A stretch of DNA of 64,000 nt from Nitrososphaeraceae archaeon (GTDB lineage: Archaea > Thermoproteota > Nitrososphaeria > Nitrososphaerales > Nitrososphaeraceae), in the NCBI GenBank assembly GCA_035250975.1, contig DATFEP010000047.1, positions 1-64,000 of the forward strand, given 5' to 3'. Below the pieces are notes generated by a model. It saw nothing but the letters and a program-made list of their open reading frames with translations, did no database searches and had not been told where the DNA came from. Within the stretch, counting starts at the first letter, position 1, and each line of letters starts with the position of its first letter. Made by a program: the position numbers and the translations under genes. Shown here in pieces: positions 1 through 11,774 of the stretch.

Positions 1-785
1 TTCTCTAGGATAACGTCGTAATAAGAACCACCATTGCCTTTAAATGCTTGTGTAAACGATTCTAATGCTTCATGATATCTTCCAAGATTAAATAATGTAT
101 TTCCTTTATCATAGTAAACTTTTGTATTGTTGGGATCGAATTTGATGATCTTGTCAAATTCTTGAAGTCCTCTTTCAAATTCGGAAAGTTTTATCAAAAT
201 ATTAGCTTTAGAAAAATATAATGTGGAATTCAGAGTATCATGGGAATTGACGGAAGATGCTACAATAGCTCTTTGATATTCTGTCAAAGCGCCTGTATTA
301 TTCTCCTTTTTCTCATTTAAAGTTCCAAGTAAAAAATAAAGTGAGGGATTGTTTGGCTGTATTTCTATAGCCTTCCTAAAAAACTTTAAAGCCTCATCAT
401 AATCTCCGGTATTTACTAAAGCATGGCCTTTTAAAACATAAAGACGGAAAAGCTTATCATTATTTGTGCCAGGTTCTATTTTCGCAAGAGCAAGATCGTA
501 ATTCTGATTAGCCTCTTTATATTTACCTAACTGAAAAAGAGTATCTCCTTTTAGTTCATATATATCCACTATCAAATTATTGTCTTTTTTGGAATTTTGC
601 AGCGATAAATCGAATGCAGTTAATGCTTCATCAAGTAATTCTTTTGCCAAGAAATCTTTGCCTTTCTGTAGATATAATTGTCCATAATTTGTGTCAACGG
701 TAGTCAAATTCTGACTAAAAATGTACTGTCCAAATAGCAATGAAGTAAAAACAACAAAAAATATTAAAATAATAAACAACTTCAT
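1..785 (-). CDS. Secreted/membrane-anchored tetratricopeptide repeat protein (runs off the window edge)
   Basis: Not in the ORF track. Manual translation from ATG at 785 gives MKLFIILIFFVVFTSLLFGQ (signal-like), then TPR helices such as KGHALVNTGDYDEALKFFRKAIEIQPNN and YYDKGNTLFNLGRYHEALESF. Open to position 1. Confidence 0.85.
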   Translation of the reverse strand, partial: MKLFIILIFFVVFTSLLFGQYIFSQNLTTVDTNYGQLYLQKGKDFLAKELLDEALTAFDLSLQNSKKDNNLIVDIYELKGDTLFQLGKYKEANQNYDLALAKIEPGTNNDKLFRLYVLKGHALVNTGDYDEALKFFRKAIEIQPNNPSLYFLLGTLNEKKENNTGALTEYQRAIVASSVNSHDTLNSTLYFSKANILIKLSEFERGLQEFDKIIKFDPNNTKVYYDKGNTLFNLGRYHEALESFTQAFKGNGGSYYDVILE

Positions 786-1260
786 AAGTTCTATCACTTT
801 TTATTTGCATTCCCTCAAGTTAGAATACTGTATAAATCGTATAACTGATGGGATAAGTATTTTCGACCTGCTCATTGTTTTACAGATACAATGTAATATA
901 CTCATTAGTATTTTTATCTTGTCTTGTGATAATATTTTCGTAACTTGTCATGTCAATATCTAGTATTCTTAGCTTTACCAAAAACGAAACTGACTTGATA
1001 AACGTCTCATATCTTTTGGTGATTTCACTATAATATTTGAGAGCTTTTGTAATTTACTATTCTGTTGCATAAATGTAAGGGTCTTTTTCGATTGTTTATT
1101 CTCATATCCAACAATCAAAAACCCCATCTTGCGCATGATCTCATCTAGTAAGAACTACAAGTTTTTTCGCGGGTGAAGATCCCTGCAACCTACTGCATAC
1201 GAGTTTTATAGAGCTCTGATAAATGCCTGTATCTTTGCAGCTGGTTTGTATCTTTAGTGA

Positions 1261-1620
1261 TGTAATCTGAACCCATTGAAAATGAGAACGTCTTGTAATA
1301 GAGGCTTTTTTACTCCTATTATCATTAATAGAGGAGGTCGTACAGATGAAAGGTGTTAATGGCGGTGGTATTAGCAGTGGCAGTAACAATAGAAAAAGAT
1401 GGACATCAGAAGACAAAACAAGGATTGTAATGGAATAATTGACTACAAACGTTGCCTTAGCAATGGATATGATATTAGGCCAGGAATGGCAACATTGATT
1501 GAAAAAGAGATGCAGAGAACTTGTCTAAAGAGAACTTGTAATTCAAGACGAATAGCTGCAATGCTGCGAAGAATGCTTGGAATACATGCCAAAAGAAAAC
1601 GGGTAGAGAGAATTTTATTC
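1261..1620 (+). mobile_element. IS3-family element remnant (OrfA start plus part of the OrfB HTH)
   Basis: TG-initiated IR-like start at 1261 and GAGGAGGT before ATG 1346. Translation RKRWTSEDKTRIVME*LTTN resembles OrfA; SRRIAAMLRRMLGIHAKRKRVERI resembles the OrfB HTH_21 segment. Confidence 0.6.
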
Positions 1621-1640
1621 GTTAGTTAGTTAGTTAGTTG
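1621..1640. repeat. (GTTA)n microsatellite at the IS3/IS6 junction
   Basis: gttagttagttagttagttg seen directly. Confidence 0.7.
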
Positions 1641-1951
1641 ATAAGTATGGTAAAAATATAGTATACACAGATGATAGAACATATTATCCTCAGGTCTACA
1701 ACTTTTTGAATTTGAGACACAGATTGCATTTTCCTTTAGATAAAAGTTTGATCGAAAGAGTAATGCAGTATTTCAAGCATAGAACAGAATGTTTTGATGA
1801 TTACTGCTATCCTTGTATTAGCAAGAGTAATAATAAGAATTGTGATCTAAAATATGGATATAATTGGATTAAAGTACTTATTTATCTATATAATGCAAAA
1901 ACAAGAAACATAATATTATTCAAAATTGGAGATGAAGTAGTCTTAACTTAG
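1636..1951 (+). pseudogene. IS6-family DDE transposase, C-terminal remnant
   Basis: DKYGKNIVYTDDRTYYPQ...KSLIERVMQYFKHRTECFDDYCYPC; clearly paralogous to 10782-11018; ends in a truncated IR-like taactta. Confidence 0.75.
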
Positions 1952-1953
1952 AT

Positions 1954-2159
1954 CCACGAACTGCATGACATTTTCTGTTATCACATATTTTACCCAAAAT
2001 AGAAGCAAATAATTCTGTTTCCTGTAAAGTATTTTTATATTATGTTTCTTCTAATATAGAACGACCTTTATATGTTATACATACAACACACTTTCTTTTT
2101 CCAATGTCTACTGCAATGTAGTAATCACTACCATTTTTAGAAAGATCAAGACATAGCAT
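1954..2159 (-). pseudogene. IS110-family transposase, N-terminal remnant
   Basis: Manual translation MLCLDLSKNGSDYYIAVDIGKRKCVVCITYKGRSILEET*...KCHAV matches the first motif of the IS110 DEDD domain; internal stop. Confidence 0.65.
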
Positions 2160-2494
2160 CAAACATATCATCGATATTCAGATTCAAAAACATGAGAAGT
2201 TCTTTAATGTTACAACAACAAAAGTGTACTTATGTCATTGAACTACATTACATTAGCACATGAGTATAGACGAGCTGTAAAACATCTGATGGGCTGATAC
2301 AAATACAATTCATAGATTCGGTTATGTTTTTATAACTTTTAAATTCAATACATCACAATACGATCGCGTTTCATATATGATTCATAATTTGCTGTTTAAT
2401 TCTTTTAAACACTTTACAAATATCAAACTGTTGTATAATATGATACTACTAATAATGATACGAAAGATGTTTGTAATATTGGCGAAAATTTCAG

Positions 2495-3373
2495 TTAATT
2501 CAAATTACGCATCTGTAAAATAGATTTAAAACCGTTGATTATTTTCTCATCTACTCGTGTAGCATAGTTTCCGCTATCACGTATGCCAAGATTGTGAATC
2601 CCAATGATCGAACAATTACCCTGATTATCTGTTTGATATATGGGAGAACCGCTGTTCCCTCCAAATGTATCAAGCTTATGTATGATAGACCTTTTATTCG
2701 TTGGATCGATTTTCAAAGCTATATCTTCATTTAATTCAGAAATAATATCTGGTTTGGTTGATGAGTCGGATTCTTTAAATGCAAATGCCTGATCCTGTCC
2801 GGGTGGATCGGGATATACACCGCAACAACAACAGGCAGAATTCAGATTTTGTAGGAACTTTAAAGTAAAATATTTATTGTAATTAAAAGGAGAATCTAAT
2901 AAAAGAAAAGCATAATCATACGCTCTGGATTTACCTGTATATGTCATACCTTTAAAATTTCCTTTTGGGGCTTGATCTACGATTTTCATCCAATTAAGAT
3001 CCAAAAAGACATTAGCATTAGGTCCTTTTTGTATAACCTTTACTGCCTGACTCGAATTACTAAATCCACCCTCTGGAGTTACAGTTACTTCATTAGCTAT
3101 GACTTTTCCTTCAAAGTTTAATTGAGGTTTTTTATGATAACTATAAAAATTGTGTCCACATGTTATTAATACTCTTGGATGAATTAAAGATCCGGTTCCA
3201 TATTCAAATTGTGGCGGTCCCTTATCATAAGTCATTCTTAGACGACATATTATATTATATGGATATGTTTGACGTTTAACACTTACGTCATTGTGATCTA
3301 CGATATGGAACGGTAGTCCAGGTTTGCTAGTGTCGAATTCGTCTTCCAATCCTTCCTCAAAGATTTCGTTCAA
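2495..3373 (-). CDS. Trypsin-like serine protease (V8/glutamyl endopeptidase-like)
   Basis: GTGSLIHPRVLITCGHN (His), YDYAFL (Asp), DTFGGNSGSP (Ser). Confidence 0.9.
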   Translation of the reverse strand: MNEIFEEGLEDEFDTSKPGLPFHIVDHNDVSVKRQTYPYNIICRLRMTYDKGPPQFEYGTGSLIHPRVLITCGHNFYSYHKKPQLNFEGKVIANEVTVTPEGGFSNSSQAVKVIQKGPNANVFLDLNWMKIVDQAPKGNFKGMTYTGKSRAYDYAFLLLDSPFNYNKYFTLKFLQNLNSACCCCGVYPDPPGQDQAFAFKESDSSTKPDIISELNEDIALKIDPTNKRSIIHKLDTFGGNSGSPIYQTDNQGNCSIIGIHNLGIRDSGNYATRVDEKIINGFKSILQMRNLN

Positions 3374-3769
3374 TATTTTTTAAAAGATATTGGTAATATT
3401 TAAGGTATTTTATCATCCTGCCTCAGCATAAAGCACATTATTAACATCGTTTTACACCTAATTATCGATAAACAATAATAAAATACATAAGTTTAGCTGG
3501 TCTGTTATTATTACGTATCTTCAAATACTGCAGGATCACTATACTTTTATAGATATAACAATTACATTTACACTGTATACTGACACCTTTCACTAATTTG
3601 GACTAAATTGCCTTCAATCCTTATGGTTTTGGGAACAGTTTTCTATTAAGTTCTTTATATTATTTGCTTTCATTGCTAAAATTTAATAACTTATTCTTTC
3701 TCATTGAATCTATTATTGCATTCTTTAATTTCAAATGAATCTGCGTCATGTAGCTATCTAGTACATAAT

Positions 3770-4275
3770 AGTCTTTTGATAACAATTTTACCAATGTGTA
3801 TATTAAAACAATAACATTGTAAATATTTTCAGATCATATCACAACACATAATTGAATTGGTTTTCCTTGAATGTTAAAATGTATGGTTTGGGTCCGAATT
3901 TATTTATTCCTATCAGCAGTAGGATTACGTTCATCTGTGATCAGCCCCTATAGAAGATTTTACTGATATATGATCAAGTGATCGCCAGTTCCATCTTATA
4001 GATCCCTCATGTTATCACATATTTTTAGCAGCCTTGTCAATAATTTATCAAAAATACGAGAATGTCTCGATTCTGAAATCTGCTAATCAATATAGAAATA
4101 GAAACATATTATTTGAATAAGATTTATTTTCCACTGGTTTTCAGTTCTCCAGATAAACACGATGTCATCAAATACTTTTCTATACGTAACAACCTAACAA
4201 ATATTTTATTCTCTGGCTTTTCTTTTGGTAAAATATTTTAATTTCATTTTACAGATCATCTGGAATACTTGCAAT
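3770..4275 (-). pseudogene. IS5-family transposase remnant
   Basis: Fragmentary translation PDDL*NEIK..LPKEKP..YRKVFDDIVFIWRTENQWK..IFDKLLTRLLK..IRWNWRSLDHISVKS..NPT; similar to the remnant near 15259. Confidence 0.7.
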
Positions 4276-4565
4276 TATAGTAATATATTTTTACTTTCAG
4301 TCAAATGTCACACTGATACGACTACAAAAAAAATAGCTATATCTCTACCTAGTTTTTGATCTTAATCTATAAATGATATAGAAGTTAATGTTCACTTTCT
4401 ATATTGGTCCCCATAATGAACTTCTAGTATCTCAAATTTAGATTACTATTTCATAAGAAATACAAAGCATTGTTAAAAGAGCACTAGAGTAGATCTGAAT
4501 AGATGAAACAATTTTACTTGTTTGAGTGGCATTACCAAAAACCAAATAAGTTTGGAAATATTTAC

Positions 4566-4595
4566 AATAATAAATAATAAATAATAAATAATAAA
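4566..4595. repeat. 7-bp tandem repeat (AATAATA) x4
   Basis: seen directly. Confidence 0.7.
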
Positions 4596-4784
4596 GAATG
4601 GCACAGAAGAACTTATTATTCCACTAGTTTATGTTCTGAGTTCTATCATATCGAAAGGAGTTAATTACATTCTAAAATGAAAGAAATGAGATAAAGAATA
4701 TCTAAAATGTTGAATAAGGTAAATATCGTTATTATAATATAATAACTTGCTCAGAAATCTCCTAAATATAATTAATATCATAAA

Positions 4785-4836
4785 ATAATGACATATTTAC
4801 ATAGTTATAGATAATGACATATTTACATAGTTATAG
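4785..4836. repeat. Perfect 26-bp tandem duplication
   Basis: ataatgacatatttacatagttatag x2. Confidence 0.9.
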
Positions 4837-4940
4837 AGAAAATTTTCATATCATCACCAAGGGTTTTATATTTTTTTAGATAGAAGATACATTATCTAGA
4901 TGATAGATGGTAAAAAGAAGTAATCAAGATTGTTTTCAGG

Positions 4941-6638
4941 TTAGAAATCCATTACTATATCATCGGAGAACGCAACTGACAAACAATCTGTCGAAATGGT
5001 TATAAGGCCAAGTTCAATCACATCTACTTTGTCTTTTTCTTCGCCAGGATTTATTACCAAGTTCATTTTAATCAACTCATTATTATTCTCCGTTATGAGT
5101 GCTTGATCTGTTGGTATCAAATCTACCGTGACTCTTAAAGATACATCCTTGGTTCCATGTATACCCTTCAAATCATCTCTATCTATTCCTGCTACCAGTT
5201 TATAGTCAGACAAAACATTTGGCTGATTTCCAGACGCAAAAGTGTTAGTACATTGAACAAATGGTGGATTAAGAATATTCGTTTCAGTGCCCCCGCCTCC
5301 TAAGCTGCCCAATAGGCCTGAGGTAGCCTCATTTGTCGCAGATATCAATCCCCTATCTTGGCTCCCTAACTTCATCGAAGGATCTCTGTCAAGTCTAGAG
5401 GGTACATCTGTTTTAGAAGATGGAGGTGCTTCATCAAGTTGTCCCAATGCGAAAATTTTTGTACCATCAGCTGAACTCTGTTTGGAGCCCTCATAAGTCG
5501 TCTGTGCACTTGCGATAGAAATCCATTTGCATTCAGTATATATTTTATCTATAGTAAATGGAGCTTTTTCATGATTGTATGGTTCCTGATCTCCGTAGAC
5601 TCTAGCCTGAAAGATAGAATTTGCTGGCGTTAACTTTATTGAGTCAGCAGTAACTGTAGTAGCGGGAACGGCAAGGTTGGGATTATGATTGTCAAAAAGT
5701 ATCTCGAATATCAATTGTTGTAAAACCTTAGATGGATAAGATGGTTCTACAAATGAATCGGAATCGTCAGCTATTTCCTTAACTTTTGAGATATCGATAA
5801 CTCCATCAAAATAATATGTAGCACCTATTGGTCTAAAAGCTTGCTGCAAGGGGTTGGTGCCTGCTGGTGCGGTCGGTCCTAATCGACACACGTCCACCGG
5901 CAATTGTCCCGATGAAATGGATGTGCTTATAACACCACCGCTAGCTGATTCTAATTGTTCCTCAGTATCTGCTCCAGTTCCTCCAATTCCTCCTATTCCA
6001 TTAATATCAAAATTAACAAAGTCCTCTATTACATCCAGATATTCGTCAAAAAAAGTGATAAACACATTACAAGAGTCTGTTACTGCTGTTCGAGATTGAC
6101 CTTTACATTCATCTGTAACCTGACCATTTAATTGTAGAAGTAATAGTGGTAACTGGCCGTCATCAAGACCTTGATCTTTAATTATATCATTTATTTTTCC
6201 AAGGTCAACCAACTGGGTTAATGTTTCATCGGCGGAAGTAACTTTTAAAAATATTGTTGTTCCATAAATACCGCCGGGTTGAAGTTTCACTGTCTGAGGT
6301 TGTGTTGTTGCAGGAAATATTTGAGGATTTGCAGCTACTCCTGTTATCTCAATAACGATATCGTCGACTGTAAATTTGTCGTCTATGTCTCTGGTCGTTT
6401 GGTCGTTAACACCAGTTGTTACAATTAGGAAACCATTATCTTTAACAACTATTTCATTAGGTCCTACCTGGGTAATACTAGACTCTCCTATAGACTCTCC
6501 TGCAATGGTACCTATTTGGCCGAACGTAGGAACAACAAAAGAAGTAGATATTCCTAGTGAATAAAAAGATAACAAAAATATAACAATTAAACTATAAAGA
6601 CCAGAATATAACGTTATTATTTTTTTTATATTCATCAC
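4941..6638 (-). CDS. Secreted/surface acidic hypothetical protein
   Basis: 565-aa ORF with an N-terminal hydrophobic segment, beta-rich acidic domains, Gly-rich linkers and paired Cys; no family recognised. Confidence 0.8.
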   Translation of the reverse strand: MMNIKKIITLYSGLYSLIVIFLLSFYSLGISTSFVVPTFGQIGTIAGESIGESSITQVGPNEIVVKDNGFLIVTTGVNDQTTRDIDDKFTVDDIVIEITGVAANPQIFPATTQPQTVKLQPGGIYGTTIFLKVTSADETLTQLVDLGKINDIIKDQGLDDGQLPLLLLQLNGQVTDECKGQSRTAVTDSCNVFITFFDEYLDVIEDFVNFDINGIGGIGGTGADTEEQLESASGGVISTSISSGQLPVDVCRLGPTAPAGTNPLQQAFRPIGATYYFDGVIDISKVKEIADDSDSFVEPSYPSKVLQQLIFEILFDNHNPNLAVPATTVTADSIKLTPANSIFQARVYGDQEPYNHEKAPFTIDKIYTECKWISIASAQTTYEGSKQSSADGTKIFALGQLDEAPPSSKTDVPSRLDRDPSMKLGSQDRGLISATNEATSGLLGSLGGGGTETNILNPPFVQCTNTFASGNQPNVLSDYKLVAGIDRDDLKGIHGTKDVSLRVTVDLIPTDQALITENNNELIKMNLVINPGEEKDKVDVIELGLITISTDCLSVAFSDDIVMDF

Positions 6639-7115
6639 ATTATATAAATGAACGATATTTTTATACCTTTGTGAAATATTGTTTGGAAAAGAAATAAGAA
6701 AAAAATTCTAGAAACTTAATAAGGTAAATCATTATTTTGTTATCAACAAAATTTAGTATTAGATAATTCTGCATTATATCTGTATATGCATTACTTTTCC
6801 AGGTTGTATATTGTTCGGTAGTTTTCTATTTCTATCCCTAGACCATCTATTCATACTTTTGGTACCTGTTCTTACATTTGTAGTACGACTTTCTGAATAT
6901 TTGATATATATTTCAGATATCTATTACAGTTCTCCAGTCCTTTCTTTTTCCTAATTAGATTAAATTTTGTTTGCAATTCTATTTTTATTTTTTATACTTC
7001 CTAAATTGCTAGGAATTGTTACCTATGTTGGTAAGTGAATCTGTTACCTATCTGTGCAAGTAGAACAATTAAATATGCAATTTTTTATAAAAATGGGATT
7101 AAAATACAATATTAG

Positions 7116-10100
7116 TTAGACCTGATCTACATTTACAACTCTAACAGCAATACGTTTTTCACTCCTTACTAGTTCTTGTAGGGAATAACATTCTTTACTC
7201 GATTGAGAGATTGGGTCCTTAGCAGAATCTATAATAACTAACAACCAGATCATTGATCCAATATCAGGAGGAGCGTTCCAATCCCATTCTACTACTGTAG
7301 GTTCTGTATTGGACATAGTTTTGGGAAGATCAGGAAGAAATTTTACTTCACCGATAGATTTCCAATAGCTAGTATCTAAAGGATCATCTGGAAATTTGGA
7401 CCAAAAATCAGGTGGCAAATCACGATATTGTCTTTTGTCAATATCTTTACTAACAACATCAGAATACAACAATTTTATTTTTATCTTATCTTTTGTGCCA
7501 AGATCTACGCATCGAAATCCTCTATTGTGTATTTGTACATAAATATGGTTAATTCTAGCTCTTTTTATATTACGATGGTACAGTTTGCTCTCAAATTTTA
7601 CATAATCAACATCATCAACTTCAAATTGGAACATAGAATCATTTCCTATGGGGGAATCTACTTTAATATCAGGCGATTTATACCAAGGCAATTTGGATCC
7701 TAACTTTATGCTTTTGGAAATATCTTCATGTTGCAATGGATCTTCGAATGCCGCTCGTGTTTCCACCGAGGGCGTATACCTTCCAGTATCCATTAGATGA
7801 TCACGCACAAATATATCTAATTCTCTAGGATGTAACTCATCTAAGCTTATTTCCCATGTTCCTCTACCATGTGTTACAGCACGTAATATTTTTTTGGGTT
7901 CATATAAAATTCGCATATCAAAAACAGCAGAATTCGGAAGACCTTCGTTGAAGCATTCCCATGTTTTACAATTATCCGTGGTTCTAAATACACCTGCATC
8001 AGTTCCTATGTAAATTGTATTTGGTTCTTTCCTATCGATGACAACAGAATAGACTGGAATATCGATTATTTCATCCTTATCATTTTTTGGACTGACATTT
8101 TTCCATATTACTTTACCTGATTTATCGATAGTACCTCGCCAAACATGTGGGCCTTTAACAAAATCAAAAGTTAAGCCTGCCATCACCACTAGAAAGGTCT
8201 TATCGTCATCCGGATATGGAGCAACATCCCATATCCATCCTTCTGGTAAAGGAGGCGATTGATGTATTGCTTCAGGTTTGTTCCATCCATCCACTGTTTT
8301 GGTTAACCTAAAAACCTTACCACGGTTAGTACCAACGTAGATCAAATTGGAATTAACATAGTTGAGAGATGTGATCCAATCAACCCCTAATATCATGCCA
8401 TCTAAAGTAACAAAGTCGTCATCTTTATCAGATTTCTTCCACCCATCCAATCCTTGATTCTTGTCAAAATAAATTCTATCAGCAGCTCCGAAAGCTATGT
8501 TTTTGGGATTTAATTGATCTAAAGCAAACGGTGAATAAAAATAAGATGGATATCTAGGGACATTTATACTTATCCAGCTATCTTTTTTACCAGCCTGTTT
8601 AGAGTGAAATAGGTTTCCTTCTATATATTGATGTATTATGTTATTTGGCTCGTCTGGATCTATAGACACAAACCCTCCATCTCCAGAATCTGAATAAACA
8701 AATAATGAACTATTTCTGAATTGTAAGGTGCCATTATCTTGTGTTCCTACAAAGAAAACACTATCTGATCTTGGATGTTCTCCCATGAAAGCACATTGTG
8801 TTATACATAATCCTTCATTAATGGTATCATCCCATGTCTCACCTGTATCTCTAGATCTGTAAATTCCACCATCATTCCCAACATATAAAATAAAATTATT
8901 GTTTGGATCAAATTCAATTACATGGTTATCTGAATGAATTGATTTACCAATATCTCGAAAAATCCATGTATTAGATGTCTTATTATAGATAACTTTCCAA
9001 ATAGAAATTCCAGCCAAGTATATAATGTCTGGATTTTTTGGATCAACCTTAATATCTAAATTATAAGAACCTTCTCCTCCGATAGTCCCATCTTCCCAAG
9101 GGGATGAATCTTTACTTACAGGGATATCAATTTTTTCCCATCGAGTTTCTTCATTTATAGAATCAGCATTTAATGTACGATAAAATTGATTAATGAGATC
9201 ACTATTTTTGTCCGATGCGATAACATATATAATGTTTGGAAATAATTTTGACATCGATAACGATATTCTAGATGCATTAAAAGAAGGCATTTGTTGTTTA
9301 ACCCACGTTGGTTGATCAGAATCTAGATCTATAGTTTTATAGATATGATCCTTATGAAAAGATACATAGGCAATTTTTGGATTTTTTGGATCAATTACAA
9401 TATCTGTTGCCCCATAACCTCTTATATCTGGAAGATTTTTATCTAGCCTTGACCAGGTTATACCTTCGTCAGTACTTTTATAAATTCCAGAAGCAGAATT
9501 TGAAGTATCATTAGATCTAATCGCTGCGAATAAGGTACTGTGATTTTGAGGATGAAAAACGATACGAGAAAATCGTGAATTAAGAAAGAGTTCTTTTTGT
9601 TTTTGTCCACAGGAAGACCAGATTTTACCTCCATCAATGGTTTTTAAAAGTCCTACACCATAGTAACTATCACTTGAAAAGTTACTTTCTCCTGTACCTG
9701 CATATAATATGTTAGGATCAGTAGGAGATATAGCAATAGTTCCGATAGAAAGAGATTCCGCTTTATCTGATGTTGCAAACCAATTTCTTCCACCATCTAT
9801 TGTCTTCCATATTCCACCTAAGGCAGTACCTAAATAGATAGTTTTAGAATCGGGATTAGAAGGGTCTACAACTATTGAAGTAACTCGTCCTGTTGCATTA
9901 GCTTTTTTGACGTCTTTCAGAGGAATGAAACCAGCAGAATAGTATAAATTTGATGTTGTATCCACATCAGGTATACATGTTGGTCCAAGCTGAATCCAAT
10001 GATTTAAATCAGATGTTCTACTTTTAAATTCTTTACACAAATCAAAAGCAGAAACACGAATCCTTGCAAATGATTCGTTTCTATTATCTATTATTCTATC

Positions 10101-10265
10101 CATTTTAGTTAGTTTTTCACGTTGGAAGGGCACGTCTTTTAGAACAGTTTCAAATATTTCGTAGTCAGATTTAAATTTAATAGTTTCTTTGTGTTTTTTT
10201 CCTCTGCTCTTTGAATGTTTTTCATTTCTACCTTGAATATTATGTGTTACATTTTTTTTTACCAT
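7116..10265 (-). CDS. BNR/Asp-box (VPS10/GH74-like) beta-propeller protein with a C-terminal accessory domain
   Basis: Repeated KTIDGGRNW, KSTDEGITW and RSRDTGETW Asp-boxes; GRVTSIVVDP; HSDNH; GTQDNG; THGRGTW; C-terminal FVRDH..D..SPDIKV..YVQIHNRG domain. Confidence 0.85.
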   Translation of the reverse strand: MVKKNVTHNIQGRNEKHSKSRGKKHKETIKFKSDYEIFETVLKDVPFQREKLTKMDRIIDNRNESFARIRVSAFDLCKEFKSRTSDLNHWIQLGPTCIPDVDTTSNLYYSAGFIPLKDVKKANATGRVTSIVVDPSNPDSKTIYLGTALGGIWKTIDGGRNWFATSDKAESLSIGTIAISPTDPNILYAGTGESNFSSDSYYGVGLLKTIDGGKIWSSCGQKQKELFLNSRFSRIVFHPQNHSTLFAAIRSNDTSNSASGIYKSTDEGITWSRLDKNLPDIRGYGATDIVIDPKNPKIAYVSFHKDHIYKTIDLDSDQPTWVKQQMPSFNASRISLSMSKLFPNIIYVIASDKNSDLINQFYRTLNADSINEETRWEKIDIPVSKDSSPWEDGTIGGEGSYNLDIKVDPKNPDIIYLAGISIWKVIYNKTSNTWIFRDIGKSIHSDNHVIEFDPNNNFILYVGNDGGIYRSRDTGETWDDTINEGLCITQCAFMGEHPRSDSVFFVGTQDNGTLQFRNSSLFVYSDSGDGGFVSIDPDEPNNIIHQYIEGNLFHSKQAGKKDSWISINVPRYPSYFYSPFALDQLNPKNIAFGAADRIYFDKNQGLDGWKKSDKDDDFVTLDGMILGVDWITSLNYVNSNLIYVGTNRGKVFRLTKTVDGWNKPEAIHQSPPLPEGWIWDVAPYPDDDKTFLVVMAGLTFDFVKGPHVWRGTIDKSGKVIWKNVSPKNDKDEIIDIPVYSVVIDRKEPNTIYIGTDAGVFRTTDNCKTWECFNEGLPNSAVFDMRILYEPKKILRAVTHGRGTWEISLDELHPRELDIFVRDHLMDTGRYTPSVETRAAFEDPLQHEDISKSIKLGSKLPWYKSPDIKVDSPIGNDSMFQFEVDDVDYVKFESKLYHRNIKRARINHIYVQIHNRGFRCVDLGTKDKIKIKLLYSDVVSKDIDKRQYRDLPPDFWSKFPDDPLDTSYWKSIGEVKFLPDLPKTMSNTEPTVVEWDWNAPPDIGSMIWLLVIIDSAKDPISQSSKECYSLQELVRSEKRIAVRVVNVDQV

Positions 10266-10315
10266 TTTGGAGATAAAAAAAAATAATAAAAATATGATTT
10301 TTAAACATTTCCTTA

Positions 10316-11025
10316 GACTGGGTTAACTTAACGAGTAAAAGCTGTACCTAAGAACTTGCTATTTTATAGTATGTAAATAGCATTTGAAAGAAATAAACAT
10401 TTACCTAGATTGTGATTTACTCTCTTTATCATACTTTCTTGGTTTAAGTTTACGTAATACGTCTAATGCATCACTACTCTTTAAATATAAACAAAGAACT
10501 TACGTGTCTGTGTGGAACTAGATTCAAAGATTTGGGTCATGTCAGATATATAAAAGGAAAAGAGTATCTACTTTATTATAAATGAAACTATCATTGAAAT
10601 CGATAATCATGATTTTTGGTTATGATCCTGTATTGAACCAATTCGCAAATTTGTACTTGCAATATACATTTGAGAAGGAGGAAACATATTTGTTGCAGAA
10701 AATAGATCTCTTGTATCGCAATACGGAAAATATATAGGGTATACAGATGACTAAAAATGATATTCTCAAGCATGTAGCTTTTTGAATCTGAAACATATGT
10801 TATATTTTCCTTTAGAGAAAAGTCTAATTGAAAGGATGATGCAGTATTTCAAAGATAGGACAGAGTATTTTGATGATTACTATCCATGTACCAAGATTAG
10901 TATAAAATGTGATCTACAGCATGTATACAATTGGATCAAATTATTCATTTATCTGTATAATGCCAAAATTAGAAAGCAATTTCTATTCAATATTGGAGGT
11001 GAAATAGTATTAACTTAACAGAACC
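10316..11025 (+). mobile_element. Decayed, near full-length IS6-family element
   Basis: Right IR taacttaacagaacc (11011-11025) and a degenerate left IR near 10316. Interrupted transposase: VSVWN*IQRFGSCQIYKRKRVS...KSLIERMMQYFKDRTEYFDDYYPC. Confidence 0.75.
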
Positions 11026-11146
11026 GATTTTAGAAATAAAATATGCATAGATGTATTAATTATTCTATGTAAATTTTTGAAAATTTACTTGAAATATATT
11101 ATTTTAACCAGAAGATCGTCCCTACTTTGGAATGAACAAGTACCAC

Positions 11147-11168
11147 ATTTTTTCGGCGCCGAAAAAAT
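11147..11168. repeat. 22-bp perfect palindrome of the CGGCGCCG family
   Basis: attttttcggcgccgaaaaaat. Confidence 0.85.
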
Positions 11169-11774
11169 TTACATAATCTACTCCAAATCCTAAACTTTAT
11201 AAATTTATAGAAGAGACCATGTAAATTTTTGTATTGTTACGATCAATTATAATATTTATCTATGTATTACTTTGTTACTATAGCAATATTCAATTATAAT
11301 CACCTACGCTTTGAAACGGATATAGACGATGTTTAGAAGCGGAATAAAAGTAACATATTCTTGAAATATATCCATAAGAACATAAGGACCTATGTCATCT
11401 TTGAATCATTCTATACCTACTGACAAAAATTTACTTACAAATTTATCCAACAAAAAATGTTAGTATGTGTGAAAATGTATATTTTCAATGTTTATAATAT
11501 GACAAATTATGTTAACATTATAAGATCTTTGTGGATGATACCAATAATGCGAAAAGAAGATTACAGAAGAACTATACGTTGCCTCAATTTCTTAAATTTA
11601 GTCATTTATTTAAATAATATTTCAAGATAGATCTATTCCTTAAACATATATCTCTTTCAAAAATCTGCAAATTGGAAACCTATAAATTTAAAAAAAATTA
11701 GCATTACAAAAAGTTGAGGTATTTACTATATGATGAGCAGGTATTTAACATACCAAGAAGATCAAATATATAAA

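Noticed and set aside
721-1416. Track ORFs 721-963(+) and 1141-1416(-)
   Set aside because: They overlap the TPR gene start and the IS3 remnant respectively; no recognisable features
5287-6564. Short antisense ORFs in the track (5287, 5854, 6376, and similar ones inside most long genes)
   Set aside because: They are shadows of well-supported opposite-strand CDSs and carry no motifs
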